Part shown: piece by piece, positions 9,585-18,778 of the stretch
Numbering within the stretch: position 1 is the first letter of the stretch
How the letters are laid out: each line of letters starts with the position of its first letter
Assembly (NCBI GenBank): GCA_963786935.1
Contig: CAWBAN010000002.1
Span: 32,001 to 96,000, forward strand
Length of the DNA: 64,000 nt
Direction of reading: 5' to 3'
Source: an uncultured bacterium
GTDB lineage: Bacteria > Krumholzibacteriota > Krumholzibacteriia > Krumholzibacteriales > Krumholzibacteriaceae
Translations under genes and position numbers: made by a program
The notes under the pieces: model-generated
Database searches by the model: none
What the model saw: the letters and a program-made list of their open reading frames with translations, nothing else
What the model was told of the DNA's origin: nothing

Positions 9585-10790
9585 ATGAACAGGCTGCTCT
9601 CCCGGTCGCTCGCCCTCCCGGCGGCGCTCCTCGCGCTCCTCGCCGTTTCTCTGGCCGCCCCCGCCGCCATGGCTCAATCCGCGGGGACCGACATCGTCCT
9701 GGCCAAATCGATCCCTCTCGAATCGAAGATCCTCAAGCGGCCGGTCACCATCCTCGTCTGGACGCCGCCCGGCTACGCCCAGAGCTCGCGGAGCTATCCG
9801 GTGCTCTACGATCTGAACACGTTCTTCTGTTTCACCTACGACTGCGGAACGGTCGAAATGCTCGCGCGCACCCTCGACATGCCGAGCATGATCGTCGTCG
9901 GCGTGCCGCAGCTCAACATGGGCTACGTCCCGACGCCGTACGAGGAGCGGGGCGACACGCTCGCCGGCGCCGACCTCTCGATCGCGTTCCTCAAGGAGGA
10001 GGTTATTCCCCTCATCGAGCGGACCTACCGGACGAACGCCCTGCGGCTCCTCTACGGCCATTCGGTCGCCGGGCTCTTCACGATGTACGCGATGTTCAAC
10101 TACCCGGATCTCTTCGCCGGCTATCTCGCGGGGAGCCCGTGGTTCCAGAACAACGACCAGTACTGGCTCAAGAACATCGAGCGGATGGCGAAGGAGCGGA
10201 ACCTCAAGGACAAATATCTCTTCATGACGCTCGGCAAGGGGGAGCAGAAGATCACCCTCGACACCTTCGCCGGGCTCGATGCATGGATGAAGGCGCAGCC
10301 CCTTCCCGGATTGAAATGGAAGGGCGCCGCGGTCGAGGGGGATCACGGCAACATGGTCGGCAGAACGATCTACGACGGCCTCCTCTTCATCTTCGACGGG
10401 TGGAAGATCCCGAATGATGTCATCATGGCCGCCGATATGGACGCGGTCGACGCGCGCGTTCGGAAGGCCGAAGCCCAATGGGGATCCTTCGGACTCGACG
10501 CATCGGCCATCCTCCCCGAAGCCAACATCAACTCCCTCGGATACACCCTCCTTCAACGCAAGGAGTACGATAAGGCCCTCAGGGCGTTTCAATACTGCAT
10601 ACGCCGGTTCCCGAAATCCTATAACGCGCACGACAGCCTCGCCGAGGCGTACCTGACGACGGGGGACAAGGCGAACGCGATCAAATACTACAAGCTCGCC
10701 GTCGAGCTCAATCCGGGCGCGACCGACTTCGAGAAGAGCGTGCTCAAGAACTCGCACGATAAGCTCCGCGAGCTCGGAGCCGAAAAATAA
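9585..10790 (+). CDS. Exported alpha/beta-hydrolase (IroE/Fes-like esterase) with C-terminal TPR
   Basis: Signal peptide, YPVLYDL, GHSVAG nucleophile elbow, TPR tail; GGAGG RBS. Confidence 0.85.
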   Translation: MNRLLSRSLALPAALLALLAVSLAAPAAMAQSAGTDIVLAKSIPLESKILKRPVTILVWTPPGYAQSSRSYPVLYDLNTFFCFTYDCGTVEMLARTLDMPSMIVVGVPQLNMGYVPTPYEERGDTLAGADLSIAFLKEEVIPLIERTYRTNALRLLYGHSVAGLFTMYAMFNYPDLFAGYLAGSPWFQNNDQYWLKNIERMAKERNLKDKYLFMTLGKGEQKITLDTFAGLDAWMKAQPLPGLKWKGAAVEGDHGNMVGRTIYDGLLFIFDGWKIPNDVIMAADMDAVDARVRKAEAQWGSFGLDASAILPEANINSLGYTLLQRKEYDKALRAFQYCIRRFPKSYNAHDSLAEAYLTTGDKANAIKYYKLAVELNPGATDFEKSVLKNSHDKLRELGAEK

Positions 10791-10907
10791 TCCGCGCGCG
10801 ACCCGGCGGAACGTTTCGTTGACACGCCGCGCCGGCGAGAGCGGCGCGGCGTTCCTATTGCAATATTCTCGGGCCGCCCCCCCCACGCGGCATCATTCGA
10901 TTACCAT

Positions 10908-11005
10908 CGTCAACGATCGTTGACGCCGCCCGCCCCGGCATATTACAATATTATATTATAGTAAAGACCGCATTCTTGACACGTTTCGCTCGCGCTTGAT
11001 ATTCT
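10908..11005 (+). promoter_or_regulatory. Tandem sigma70-like promoters with an overlapping palindrome
   Basis: TTGACG-N18-TACAAT (10920-10949); TTGACA-N18-TATTCT with TGn extension (10976-11005); palindrome CGTCAACGATCGTTGACG at 10908-10925. Confidence 0.45.
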
Positions 11006-11054
11006 CGCTCGCGGGATTCAATTTCAATGGATACCTCTTCGACGGGAGGCGCGA

Positions 11055-11495
11055 ATGATCGACTTCACGGCATTTCTCTTCGTGGCGGCCGCGTCCGGCT
11101 CCTTCGGCTACCACCTCGCGCACGATCCGATCAAGCATCCCCCGAAAGGAGCGTTCCTCTATCGGGGGTTCGACGACGCGGGCGCGCTCGTTATCCAGGG
11201 CTGGCTCGTCATCAACGAGGATGAAGCGGGGCGCGTCGACGGCGAATGGTGCCTCGATCAAATCGGTTCTCCGGAGAATATCGGGCCGCAGATCGGCCTC
11301 GGCAGCTTACGGGGCAAACGCGAAGGGGCGATGCTTTCGCTGAATCTGAATCCGTTCTACCCCGATTTCAACGTGTCGCTCAGCGGCTCGTTCAACACGG
11401 TCTCGTTCAAGGGGACGTGGCGCTACAACACGATCAGGGGAACCGCGGGCATGGGAACGTTCGAAGCGGTCCGGAGCGACGGCGACGCGCGCTAG
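11055..11495 (+). CDS. Hypothetical small beta-rich protein, probably exported
   Basis: GGAGG RBS, hydrophobic N-terminus, alternating strand pattern. Confidence 0.6.
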   Translation: MIDFTAFLFVAAASGSFGYHLAHDPIKHPPKGAFLYRGFDDAGALVIQGWLVINEDEAGRVDGEWCLDQIGSPENIGPQIGLGSLRGKREGAMLSLNLNPFYPDFNVSLSGSFNTVSFKGTWRYNTIRGTAGMGTFEAVRSDGDAR

Positions 11496-11575
11496 ACCCG
11501 CTTTTCCTGGAACTCCCCTCCATCGGATGCGTTATACTGCCATCCGGTCTCTCTTCCGGGAAAGGAACACGCGTC

Positions 11576-12976
11576 ATGAGAAAACTATTCGCCGCCGCGC
11601 TCTTCGCGCTCATCCCCCTCTTCGGCATCGTCCTTCCCGCGTCCGCAAAGACGGATCTCCCCGGCACGCCCGCCGGCGCGCTCGTCGCCGGATACATCGA
11701 GGCGTTCAACAGCGACGATCCGGGCCGCCTGCGCGCCTTTCTCGAGGCCAACCTCTCGACGGGGGCGCTCGCCCAGCGCCCCGCGGCCGAACGGATGAAA
11801 TCCCTGCAGCGGATCAAGGGGGACGCCGGGACGCTCGAGCCGGCCAAGGTCGTCGAGGCGCGCGAGGACGCGATCACGATCTACGCGCAGGGCTCGAAGG
11901 GGCCGTGGCTCGAGATCAGCTTCGCGTTCGAGAAGGAAGCCGACGTCAAGATGGTCGGCGCGCGCTTCATGATGATGGACGAGCCCCCCGACCTGAACGA
12001 GCCCACCACGCCCCTGAACGAGGCGGAGCTGCTCGCGGCGATCGACGACCTCGTCGACGGGCTCGTCGAGAAGGACGAGTTCTCCGGCGTGGTGCTCGTC
12101 GCGCGGGGGGAAACGGCGATCTTCAAAAACGCCTACGGCCTCGCGAGCGTGGAATACGGCGCGCCCAACCGGATCGACACCCGCTTCAACCTCGGATCGA
12201 TCAACAAGATGATCACCCGCGTTGCGATCGAGCAGCTCGTCTCGAAGGGGGCGATCGGCTACGACGACACGATCGGGAAATTCCTCCCCGAATACCCGAA
12301 CGCCGCCGCCGCGAAGGTGACGGTCCGCCAGCTCCTCGACATGACCTCCGGCATCGGGGACTTCTTCGGCGAGAAGTACGCGGCGACTCCGAAGAACGCC
12401 ATTCGCGACCTCGCCGACTATCTGCCGCTCTTCGCGGCGGATCCGCTGCTCTTCGAGCCGGGCACGGACAGCAGATACTCGAACGGCGGCTACGTCGTGC
12501 TCGGGCTCATCGTCGAGAAGGCGAGCGGCACGAGCTACTTCGACTACGTGCGCCAAAACGTCTACGAGGTCGCCGGCATGAAGAACACGGGGCATCTCAT
12601 GGCGGACGTTCCCGAGAAGAACGTCGCGAGCGGCTATACGCGCAATTGGGACGACGGCGAGCACCCGGACGAGCCGCGGCGCAGCAACATCTACACGCGC
12701 CCCGCGCGCGGGAGCTCCGCCGGGGGCGGCTACTCGACGGCGGACGACCTGTTGAATTTCGTCCTCGCCCTCAAGGCGGACCGGCTCGGCGCGAGCGAGA
12801 CCGCGAAGATGTTCGCCGGGAACATGGCCTTCGCCGGAGGCGCCCCCGGGATCAGCGCCTACGTCGAAACGGTCGCGACGACCGGCAGCACGATCGTCGT
12901 TCTCTCGAACTACGATCCCCCGACGGCGGTGAAGACCGGGGAGAAGATCGGCCGACTCCTCAAGCGGCTGAAATAG
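11576..12976 (+). CDS. Serine hydrolase, beta-lactamase class C/PBP-like family
   Basis: Signal peptide from MRKLF (AAGGA RBS); FNLGSINK (SxxK) and YSN (YxN) motifs. Confidence 0.88.
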   Translation: MRKLFAAALFALIPLFGIVLPASAKTDLPGTPAGALVAGYIEAFNSDDPGRLRAFLEANLSTGALAQRPAAERMKSLQRIKGDAGTLEPAKVVEAREDAITIYAQGSKGPWLEISFAFEKEADVKMVGARFMMMDEPPDLNEPTTPLNEAELLAAIDDLVDGLVEKDEFSGVVLVARGETAIFKNAYGLASVEYGAPNRIDTRFNLGSINKMITRVAIEQLVSKGAIGYDDTIGKFLPEYPNAAAAKVTVRQLLDMTSGIGDFFGEKYAATPKNAIRDLADYLPLFAADPLLFEPGTDSRYSNGGYVVLGLIVEKASGTSYFDYVRQNVYEVAGMKNTGHLMADVPEKNVASGYTRNWDDGEHPDEPRRSNIYTRPARGSSAGGGYSTADDLLNFVLALKADRLGASETAKMFAGNMAFAGGAPGISAYVETVATTGSTIVVLSNYDPPTAVKTGEKIGRLLKRLK

Positions 12977-13122
12977 GCGAGATGCGATTCCCGTGGCCGC
13001 GGCCACGGCGATCCCGCCGGCCGTGGCCACGGCGGCCGGACACCCTCTTTATTAAGAATCTATTTGCATTAAAGGCGCTTTTCTGCTGTGATTGCGGCGA
13101 CTTCAGCAGGAAGGAGCGTGGT

Positions 13123-14202
13123 ATGGGCAAAGTCGCCGTATTGCTCGCAATCGTGGCTCTCTTCATTCCCCTCGCCGCTCTCGCCGGTTCCGACGCCCCT
13201 AAGCCAGCCCCGCCCGTCACCGAGACGAGCGCGCTCTGGCTCGGGCCGGTGAAGCTCGGGGTGCTTCCGCCGCCCACGATTCCACCGGACAATCCGCAGA
13301 CGGCGCGGAAGATCCTCCTCGGCAAGCAGCTCTACTTCGACACGAGGCTCTCGCAGGACAACACGATCAGCTGCGCCACGTGCCACGACCCGACGATGGG
13401 CTGGTCGGACAAGGGGCCGACGAGCAAGGGGATCAGGAGCCAGATGGGAGGCCGCAGGGCACCGCCTGCATCCAATTCCGCGTATAATCCTCTGCAATTC
13501 TGGGACGGCCGCAGCCCGAGCCTCGAGGATCAGGCGAAGGGACCGATCCAGAACCCGATCGAGATGGGAAACACGCACCAGGTCATGATACGCACCGTCA
13601 ACGATATCCCCGGCTATGTCGAGGAGTTCAAGACGGTCTTCGGGACGACGCCGATCACCGTCGATCAGGTGGCGCAGGCGATCGCCGCGTTCGAGCGCAC
13701 GATCGTGACCACCGACTCGCCGTTCGACCGGTTCGTGAAGGGGGACGAGACGGCGCTGACGAGCCTCGAGAGGAAGGGGCTCGAGATATTCAACGGCAAG
13801 GGGCGCTGCTCGTGCTGCCACTGGGGCCCGAACTTCAGCGACGGGAGATTCCACAACCTCGGCGTGCCCGACATCGACCCGGCCAAGCCCGACCTCGGCC
13901 GTTACGAGATCACGAAGAACCCGGCCGACAAGGGCGCCTTCAAAACGCCGACGATGCGCGACGTGGGGCTCCGGCCTCCGTACCTCCATACGGGAGGAGA
14001 GAAGACCGTCAGGGACGTGATCGTCTTCTACAACAAGGGGGGCGGGGTCAAGGATCCGAACATCGATCCGATGATGATTCCCCTCGGGCTCTCGGCGGGG
14101 GAGATCGACGCGCTCGTCGCGTTTCTCGAGCACGGGCTCACGAGCCTCAATCCCGAAGTGGCGGGCGTCAAACCGGTTCCGGCGTCCGAAATGCCGAAGT
14201 AA
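13123..14202 (+). CDS. Diheme cytochrome c peroxidase/MauG-superfamily protein
   Basis: Signal peptide, CATCH and CSCCH heme motifs, QFWDGR, FKTPTMR, PYLH; start at MGKVAV after AAGGAG. Confidence 0.9.
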   Translation: MGKVAVLLAIVALFIPLAALAGSDAPKPAPPVTETSALWLGPVKLGVLPPPTIPPDNPQTARKILLGKQLYFDTRLSQDNTISCATCHDPTMGWSDKGPTSKGIRSQMGGRRAPPASNSAYNPLQFWDGRSPSLEDQAKGPIQNPIEMGNTHQVMIRTVNDIPGYVEEFKTVFGTTPITVDQVAQAIAAFERTIVTTDSPFDRFVKGDETALTSLERKGLEIFNGKGRCSCCHWGPNFSDGRFHNLGVPDIDPAKPDLGRYEITKNPADKGAFKTPTMRDVGLRPPYLHTGGEKTVRDVIVFYNKGGGVKDPNIDPMMIPLGLSAGEIDALVAFLEHGLTSLNPEVAGVKPVPASEMPK

Positions 14203-14209
14203 GGGGGCG

Positions 14210-15526
14210 ATGAACATGAAAAAGATCTCCATTCTCCTGCTCGTTCTCGTCGCCCTGCAGCTCGTGCTGCCGGCGCCGGGGCAGGCCATTCCCGCCTTCG
14301 CGAGGAAGTACGGCTTCAACTGCGCGATGTGCCACACGGCCTTTCCGAAGCTCAACGACTGGGGGCAGCGTTACCGCGACAACGGCTACCAGCTCCCCGG
14401 GCAGGTCGGCAAGGAACAGACGATGTTCGATTCGCACACGCCCATCGCGCTCAGGACGGCGGTCGGCATCAACGGCTACAGCGTGAAGCCGACCGAGGAC
14501 GCCAATGCGATCACGACGAGCGGGTTCGGGCTCAAGGGGCTCGATCTTCTCGCCGCGGGGGTCATGCACAAGAACATCTCCGTGCTCCTGATCTACACGC
14601 CGCGGATCGACGAGCCCTTCGCTGACTACACGGGCACGGAAGCGTCACAGCCCGGCGCGCTGGAGTCGGCGAGCATCATCTTCAGCAACATCGTGCCGAA
14701 CGCCCTGAACCTGCGGGTCGGCCGCTTCGAGCCCGCGTACCATCTCTTCAGCTCGAAGCGCTCCTTCTATCTGATCTCGCCGTACGACGTCTACGAGTAC
14801 CCGACCGGCGGCAACGACTTCCTCTTCGGCGACAACCAGATCGGGATCGAGGCGACGGGGGGGCTCGCCAGGGGATTCAAGTACGGTCTCGGCGTGGTCA
14901 ACGGGACGGGGGCGAAGGCGGACAACAACAAGTTCAAGGACGTCTATCTGACCCTGTCGCAGACGATCGGCGCCGGGGAAGGGCAGAGCGCCGGCCACCG
15001 GATCGGGGCGTTCGTCTACTACGGCAAGCAGCCGACGATCGCGCCCTTTACGATCACCGCCGAGGGCGATACGATACCCGGACCGCCCCCGGCCGTTTCC
15101 CCCACGGGCGAATACGACGGCGGCGGGAACGGCGCGTACTACCGCTACGGCGCCTCGGCGAGCCTGAACTGGAAGACGTTCAACCTGCTCGCCATGTACA
15201 TGCGGGGGCTCGACGACAAGATGTTCAACGCGATCGACGGCACGAAGAACTACGAATACGACGGCGGATTCGTCGAGCTCGACTACGCGGGCCTCTGGAA
15301 CAACAGGCTCATCGCGTCGGGGCTCTACAACTGGGTCGCGCCTCCGTCGTACGACGAGGTGAATCCGAAGGTCACCGCGTACTCGGGATTGCTCCGCTAT
15401 TACTTCGGCGACTGGAGCGCGGTGAACGTCGCCCTGCACGGCGAATACACGTACCGGAAGACCGAGGCGGGCGAATCCACGATGACGGAGAACGTCTACT
15501 CGATGCTCGTGGACTTCGGCTTCTAA
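14210..15526 (+). CDS. Cyc2-like fused monoheme cytochrome c / outer-membrane beta-barrel
   Basis: AIPAFARKYGFNCAMCHTAFPKLN...GY N-terminal motif, strand-rich body, C-terminal Phe. Confidence 0.75.
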   Translation: MNMKKISILLLVLVALQLVLPAPGQAIPAFARKYGFNCAMCHTAFPKLNDWGQRYRDNGYQLPGQVGKEQTMFDSHTPIALRTAVGINGYSVKPTEDANAITTSGFGLKGLDLLAAGVMHKNISVLLIYTPRIDEPFADYTGTEASQPGALESASIIFSNIVPNALNLRVGRFEPAYHLFSSKRSFYLISPYDVYEYPTGGNDFLFGDNQIGIEATGGLARGFKYGLGVVNGTGAKADNNKFKDVYLTLSQTIGAGEGQSAGHRIGAFVYYGKQPTIAPFTITAEGDTIPGPPPAVSPTGEYDGGGNGAYYRYGASASLNWKTFNLLAMYMRGLDDKMFNAIDGTKNYEYDGGFVELDYAGLWNNRLIASGLYNWVAPPSYDEVNPKVTAYSGLLRYYFGDWSAVNVALHGEYTYRKTEAGESTMTENVYSMLVDFGF

Positions 15527-15615
15527 CGCGCCGCTGCCGGCGAACCGGGAGTATCATGGAGGTCGCGGCTCGAAGACGGGCCGCGGCCTCCTTCGTTATA
15601 CAAAGGCGGGTGAAC

Positions 15616-16845
15616 ATGAGCGAATCGTTGCGGCGAGTCGACGGGGATAAGCAGGAAGTCCTCAAGCGCATCATCAGGGACCTGCACGCCGGCGTGCCGG
15701 TCGAAAAGCTGCAGAAGACCTTCGCGGACGTCGTGAAGAACACGTCCCCCGAGGAGATCGCGGCCATGGAGAACGCGCTCATCGAGGAGGGTTTTCCGGT
15801 CGACGAGGTCAAGCGTCTCTGCGACGTGCACGTGCGCGTGTTCGAAAAATCGCTCGCGAAGGCGGGCAGGCCCGCGAAGATCCCCGGACACCCCGTCTAC
15901 ACCTTCATGCAGGAGAACAAGGTCGCCAAGGAGCTCCTCAAGGAGCTCTCGGGGCGCGCGAAGCGCCTCGACAGGAAGGAGCCGCGCGAAAGCGACGTCG
16001 CCGCGTTCGCCGAGAACTTCGCCCGGTTCCGCGAGATCGAGAAGCACTACGCGCGCAAGGAGAACCAGCTCTTCCCCGCGCTCGAGCACAAGGGCTTCAC
16101 GGGGCCGACGAAGGTCATGTGGGGCAAGCACGACGAGATCCGGCAGCTCGTTCGCGAGGCGGACGCCCTCGCCAGGGCGCGTGACTGGAAGAATCTCCGC
16201 GGGAAGATCAAGTCGCTCGGGGGCGCCGTCAAGAAGATGATCTTCCTCGAAGAGAAGATCCTCTACCCCACCGCGGCGAAGAAGCTCGGGGACGTCGAAT
16301 GGGCGACGATCAAGCGCGGCGAACCCGAGATCGGCTACGCGTGGGTCACGCCCTCGAACCTCTGGGACGCGGAGATCGCGAAGGCGCTCGCCACGGCGCA
16401 CGGCGGCGCGGCGCACGGCGCGGCGGCGGCGCCCGATCCGGGCGAGGTGAAGCTCTCCGAAGGCCGCCTTACGGGGGAGCAGATCGACCTGCTGCTGAAG
16501 GCGCTCCCCTTCGACGTCACCTTCGTCGACGAGAACGACGTCGTGCGCTATTACTCGGCGACCGAGCACCGCATCTTCCCGCGGAGCCCGGCGATCATCG
16601 GGCGCGCCGTCCAGAACTGCCACCCGCACCAAAGCGTCGACGTCGTGAACGACATCATCAAGAGCTTCAGGGAAAAGAAAAAGGACGTCGCCGAGTTCTG
16701 GATCCAGTCGCAGGGGGCGTTCATCCATATCAGGTATTTCCCGCTGTACGACGCCGCCGGCGCGTACCGCGGGGTCATCGAGGTGAGCCAGGAGATCTCG
16801 GGCGTCCGCGCGCTCGAGGGGGAGCGCCGGCTTCTCGATTGGTGA
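15616..16845 (+). CDS. DUF438 / hemerythrin-like / PAS domain protein
   Basis: LCDVH, PGHPV, HYARKENQLFP, MWGKHD and FPRSPAIIGRAVQNCHP motifs. Confidence 0.88.
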   Translation: MSESLRRVDGDKQEVLKRIIRDLHAGVPVEKLQKTFADVVKNTSPEEIAAMENALIEEGFPVDEVKRLCDVHVRVFEKSLAKAGRPAKIPGHPVYTFMQENKVAKELLKELSGRAKRLDRKEPRESDVAAFAENFARFREIEKHYARKENQLFPALEHKGFTGPTKVMWGKHDEIRQLVREADALARARDWKNLRGKIKSLGGAVKKMIFLEEKILYPTAAKKLGDVEWATIKRGEPEIGYAWVTPSNLWDAEIAKALATAHGGAAHGAAAAPDPGEVKLSEGRLTGEQIDLLLKALPFDVTFVDENDVVRYYSATEHRIFPRSPAIIGRAVQNCHPHQSVDVVNDIIKSFREKKKDVAEFWIQSQGAFIHIRYFPLYDAAGAYRGVIEVSQEISGVRALEGERRLLDW

Positions 16846-16878
16846 TCCGGCGGCGCGGCGGCGCGCGTATTTCGATCG

Positions 16879-17334
16879 GTGGTGACGGTGCGATATCGAA
16901 ACGGCATACTGGCCGCGCTCCTCGGCGCCGCCTGCGGGCTCGCCGTTTTCACGTTTCTCTACGCCCGCGGCCCGTCGTACCTCTTCGACGATCCGACGGT
17001 CTGCACGAACTGCCACATCATGCGCGCCGAGTTCGACTCGTGGAACCGGTCGAGCCACAAGGCCGCCGCCACCTGCAACGCGTGCCACACGCCGCACAAC
17101 CTCGCCGGCAAATACGCCGTGAAAGCGCTGAACGGCTGGAATCACGGATTCGCGTTCACGACGGGGCGATACCCCGATCCGATCATGATCCGCGCCCTCA
17201 ACGGGCGGATCGCCGCGGACAACTGCTGGCGGTGCCACGAGAACATGGCAAGCCGGATGACGATGCTGTACCCGCGGCGGGATATCGACTGCACGGCGTG
17301 CCACGGCAACGTGGGGCATCTGGCCCGCCGGTAA
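16879..17334 (+). CDS. nrfH: Cytochrome c nitrite reductase small subunit (tetraheme, NapC/NirT family)
   Basis: N-terminal TM anchor; CTNCHIM, CNACH, CWRCH, CTACH; directly upstream of nrfA. Confidence 0.92.
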   Translation: MVTVRYRNGILAALLGAACGLAVFTFLYARGPSYLFDDPTVCTNCHIMRAEFDSWNRSSHKAAATCNACHTPHNLAGKYAVKALNGWNHGFAFTTGRYPDPIMIRALNGRIAADNCWRCHENMASRMTMLYPRRDIDCTACHGNVGHLARR

Positions 17335-17430
17335 GGAAGCGAGGGGCGCCGGGGGCGCCCCTCGATGGGCATGGGCGCTGGGGGCCCCGGGAAAAACGCG
17401 GGACGCCCGCGGAACAAAGGAGTGTCAGCG

Positions 17431-18759
17431 ATGCGCATTCTCTCGTTCTTGAAGAGCAACAAGGCGTATGTCGCGGTGTTCGCCGCCGCCCTCGTCTTCA
17501 CGATCGTCGTGACGACGGTCCTCGTCGACATCGCCGGCAAGAAGCGCGAGGCGCTGAGCTGGCCGCTCAAGGTCGTCGAGATCTCGAAGAACGAGATCGA
17601 CCCGGCCGTATGGGGCAACAACTTCCCCTTCGAGTACGACACCTTCGTCAAGACCGAGATCGACTACGGCGCGACGACGTACGGCGGCTCGAAGCAGTTC
17701 GACCGGCTCGAGCGCTACCCGGCGCTCAAGCGGCTCTACGCCGGTAACGCCTTCAGCGTCGATTACAAGGAGGAGCGCGGACATCATTACGCCGCGATCG
17801 ATCAGGCGAACACGAAGCGCGTCGTCGTCGCGAAGCAGCCGGGCGCCTGCCTCAACTGCCACGCCGCCGAAGCGCCGTTCATGATCGAGGAGATGGGCTG
17901 GGAGGCGTTCAACCGGACGCCGTACGATTCGCTCAAGCGCCGCGCGAAGATGGGCTCGTCCTGCTCCGATTGCCACGATCCCGAGACGATGGCGCTCCGG
18001 ATCACGCGCCCGGCGTTCCGCATCGCGATGGAGACGGCGGGAATCGACCTGAAGAAGGCGACGCGGCAGGAGATGCGCGCCTACGTCTGCGCCCAGTGCC
18101 ACGTCGAATACTATTTCAAGGGGGACGACAAGGTGCTCACCTTCCCGTGGAGCAAGGGGCGGACGATCGAGGCGATCGAGGAGCACTACGACGATTACGG
18201 TTTCAAGGACTTCGCGCACAAGGAAACGGGCGCGCCCATGATCAAGATCCAGCACCCCGAGTTCGAGCTCTGGGGCACGGGTGTCCACGCGAAATCGGGC
18301 GTCTCGTGCGCCGACTGCCACATGCCCTACCTGCGCGAGGGGAGCGTGAAGATCTCCGACCACTGGGTGCGGAGCCCGCTCGAAAACGTCGAGCAGTCGT
18401 GCCAGACGTGCCACCGGTTGACGAAGGAAGAATTGAAGGATCGCGTCGCCGTCGTTCAGGATCGCACGGCGGCCCTCCTGCGCCGCTCTGAGACGGCGCT
18501 CCTCGCCGCGATCGACGCGATCGTCGCGGCGCGCGCGGCCGGCGCGGGGGACGAGGCGCTCGCCGAGGCGCAGCGGCTCCATCGCGCGGCCCAGATGCGA
18601 TGGGACTTCGTATCGTCGGAGAACAGCACGGGCTTCCACAGCCCGCAGGAGGCGGCGCGGATACTCGCCGAATCGATCGATCTCGCGCGCCAGGCGCAGC
18701 TCGCGGCCTCGGCCGCGGCGGCGGGAAAACGTTCCGGGCACGCCGCGGCGGGAGAATAA
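17431..18759 (+). CDS. nrfA: Ammonia-forming cytochrome c nitrite reductase, pentaheme catalytic subunit
   Basis: Five heme motifs, EERGH, CAQCHVEYYF, KIQHPEFE, ENSTGFH; AAGGAG RBS. Confidence 0.93.
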   Translation: MRILSFLKSNKAYVAVFAAALVFTIVVTTVLVDIAGKKREALSWPLKVVEISKNEIDPAVWGNNFPFEYDTFVKTEIDYGATTYGGSKQFDRLERYPALKRLYAGNAFSVDYKEERGHHYAAIDQANTKRVVVAKQPGACLNCHAAEAPFMIEEMGWEAFNRTPYDSLKRRAKMGSSCSDCHDPETMALRITRPAFRIAMETAGIDLKKATRQEMRAYVCAQCHVEYYFKGDDKVLTFPWSKGRTIEAIEEHYDDYGFKDFAHKETGAPMIKIQHPEFELWGTGVHAKSGVSCADCHMPYLREGSVKISDHWVRSPLENVEQSCQTCHRLTKEELKDRVAVVQDRTAALLRRSETALLAAIDAIVAARAAGAGDEALAEAQRLHRAAQMRWDFVSSENSTGFHSPQEAARILAESIDLARQAQLAASAAAAGKRSGHAAAGE

Positions 18760-18778
18760 GTCCGCGCGGCGGCAATGA

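Noticed and set aside
12991..13040. CCGTGGCC repeats after the serine hydrolase gene
   Set aside because: Short GC-rich palindromic repeats, most simply a terminator-like hairpin, with no evidence for anything more.
11527..13122. N-terminal extension making an 891-aa peroxidase
   Set aside because: This is an off-frame overlap with the serine hydrolase gene; the credible start, with RBS and signal peptide, is at 13123.
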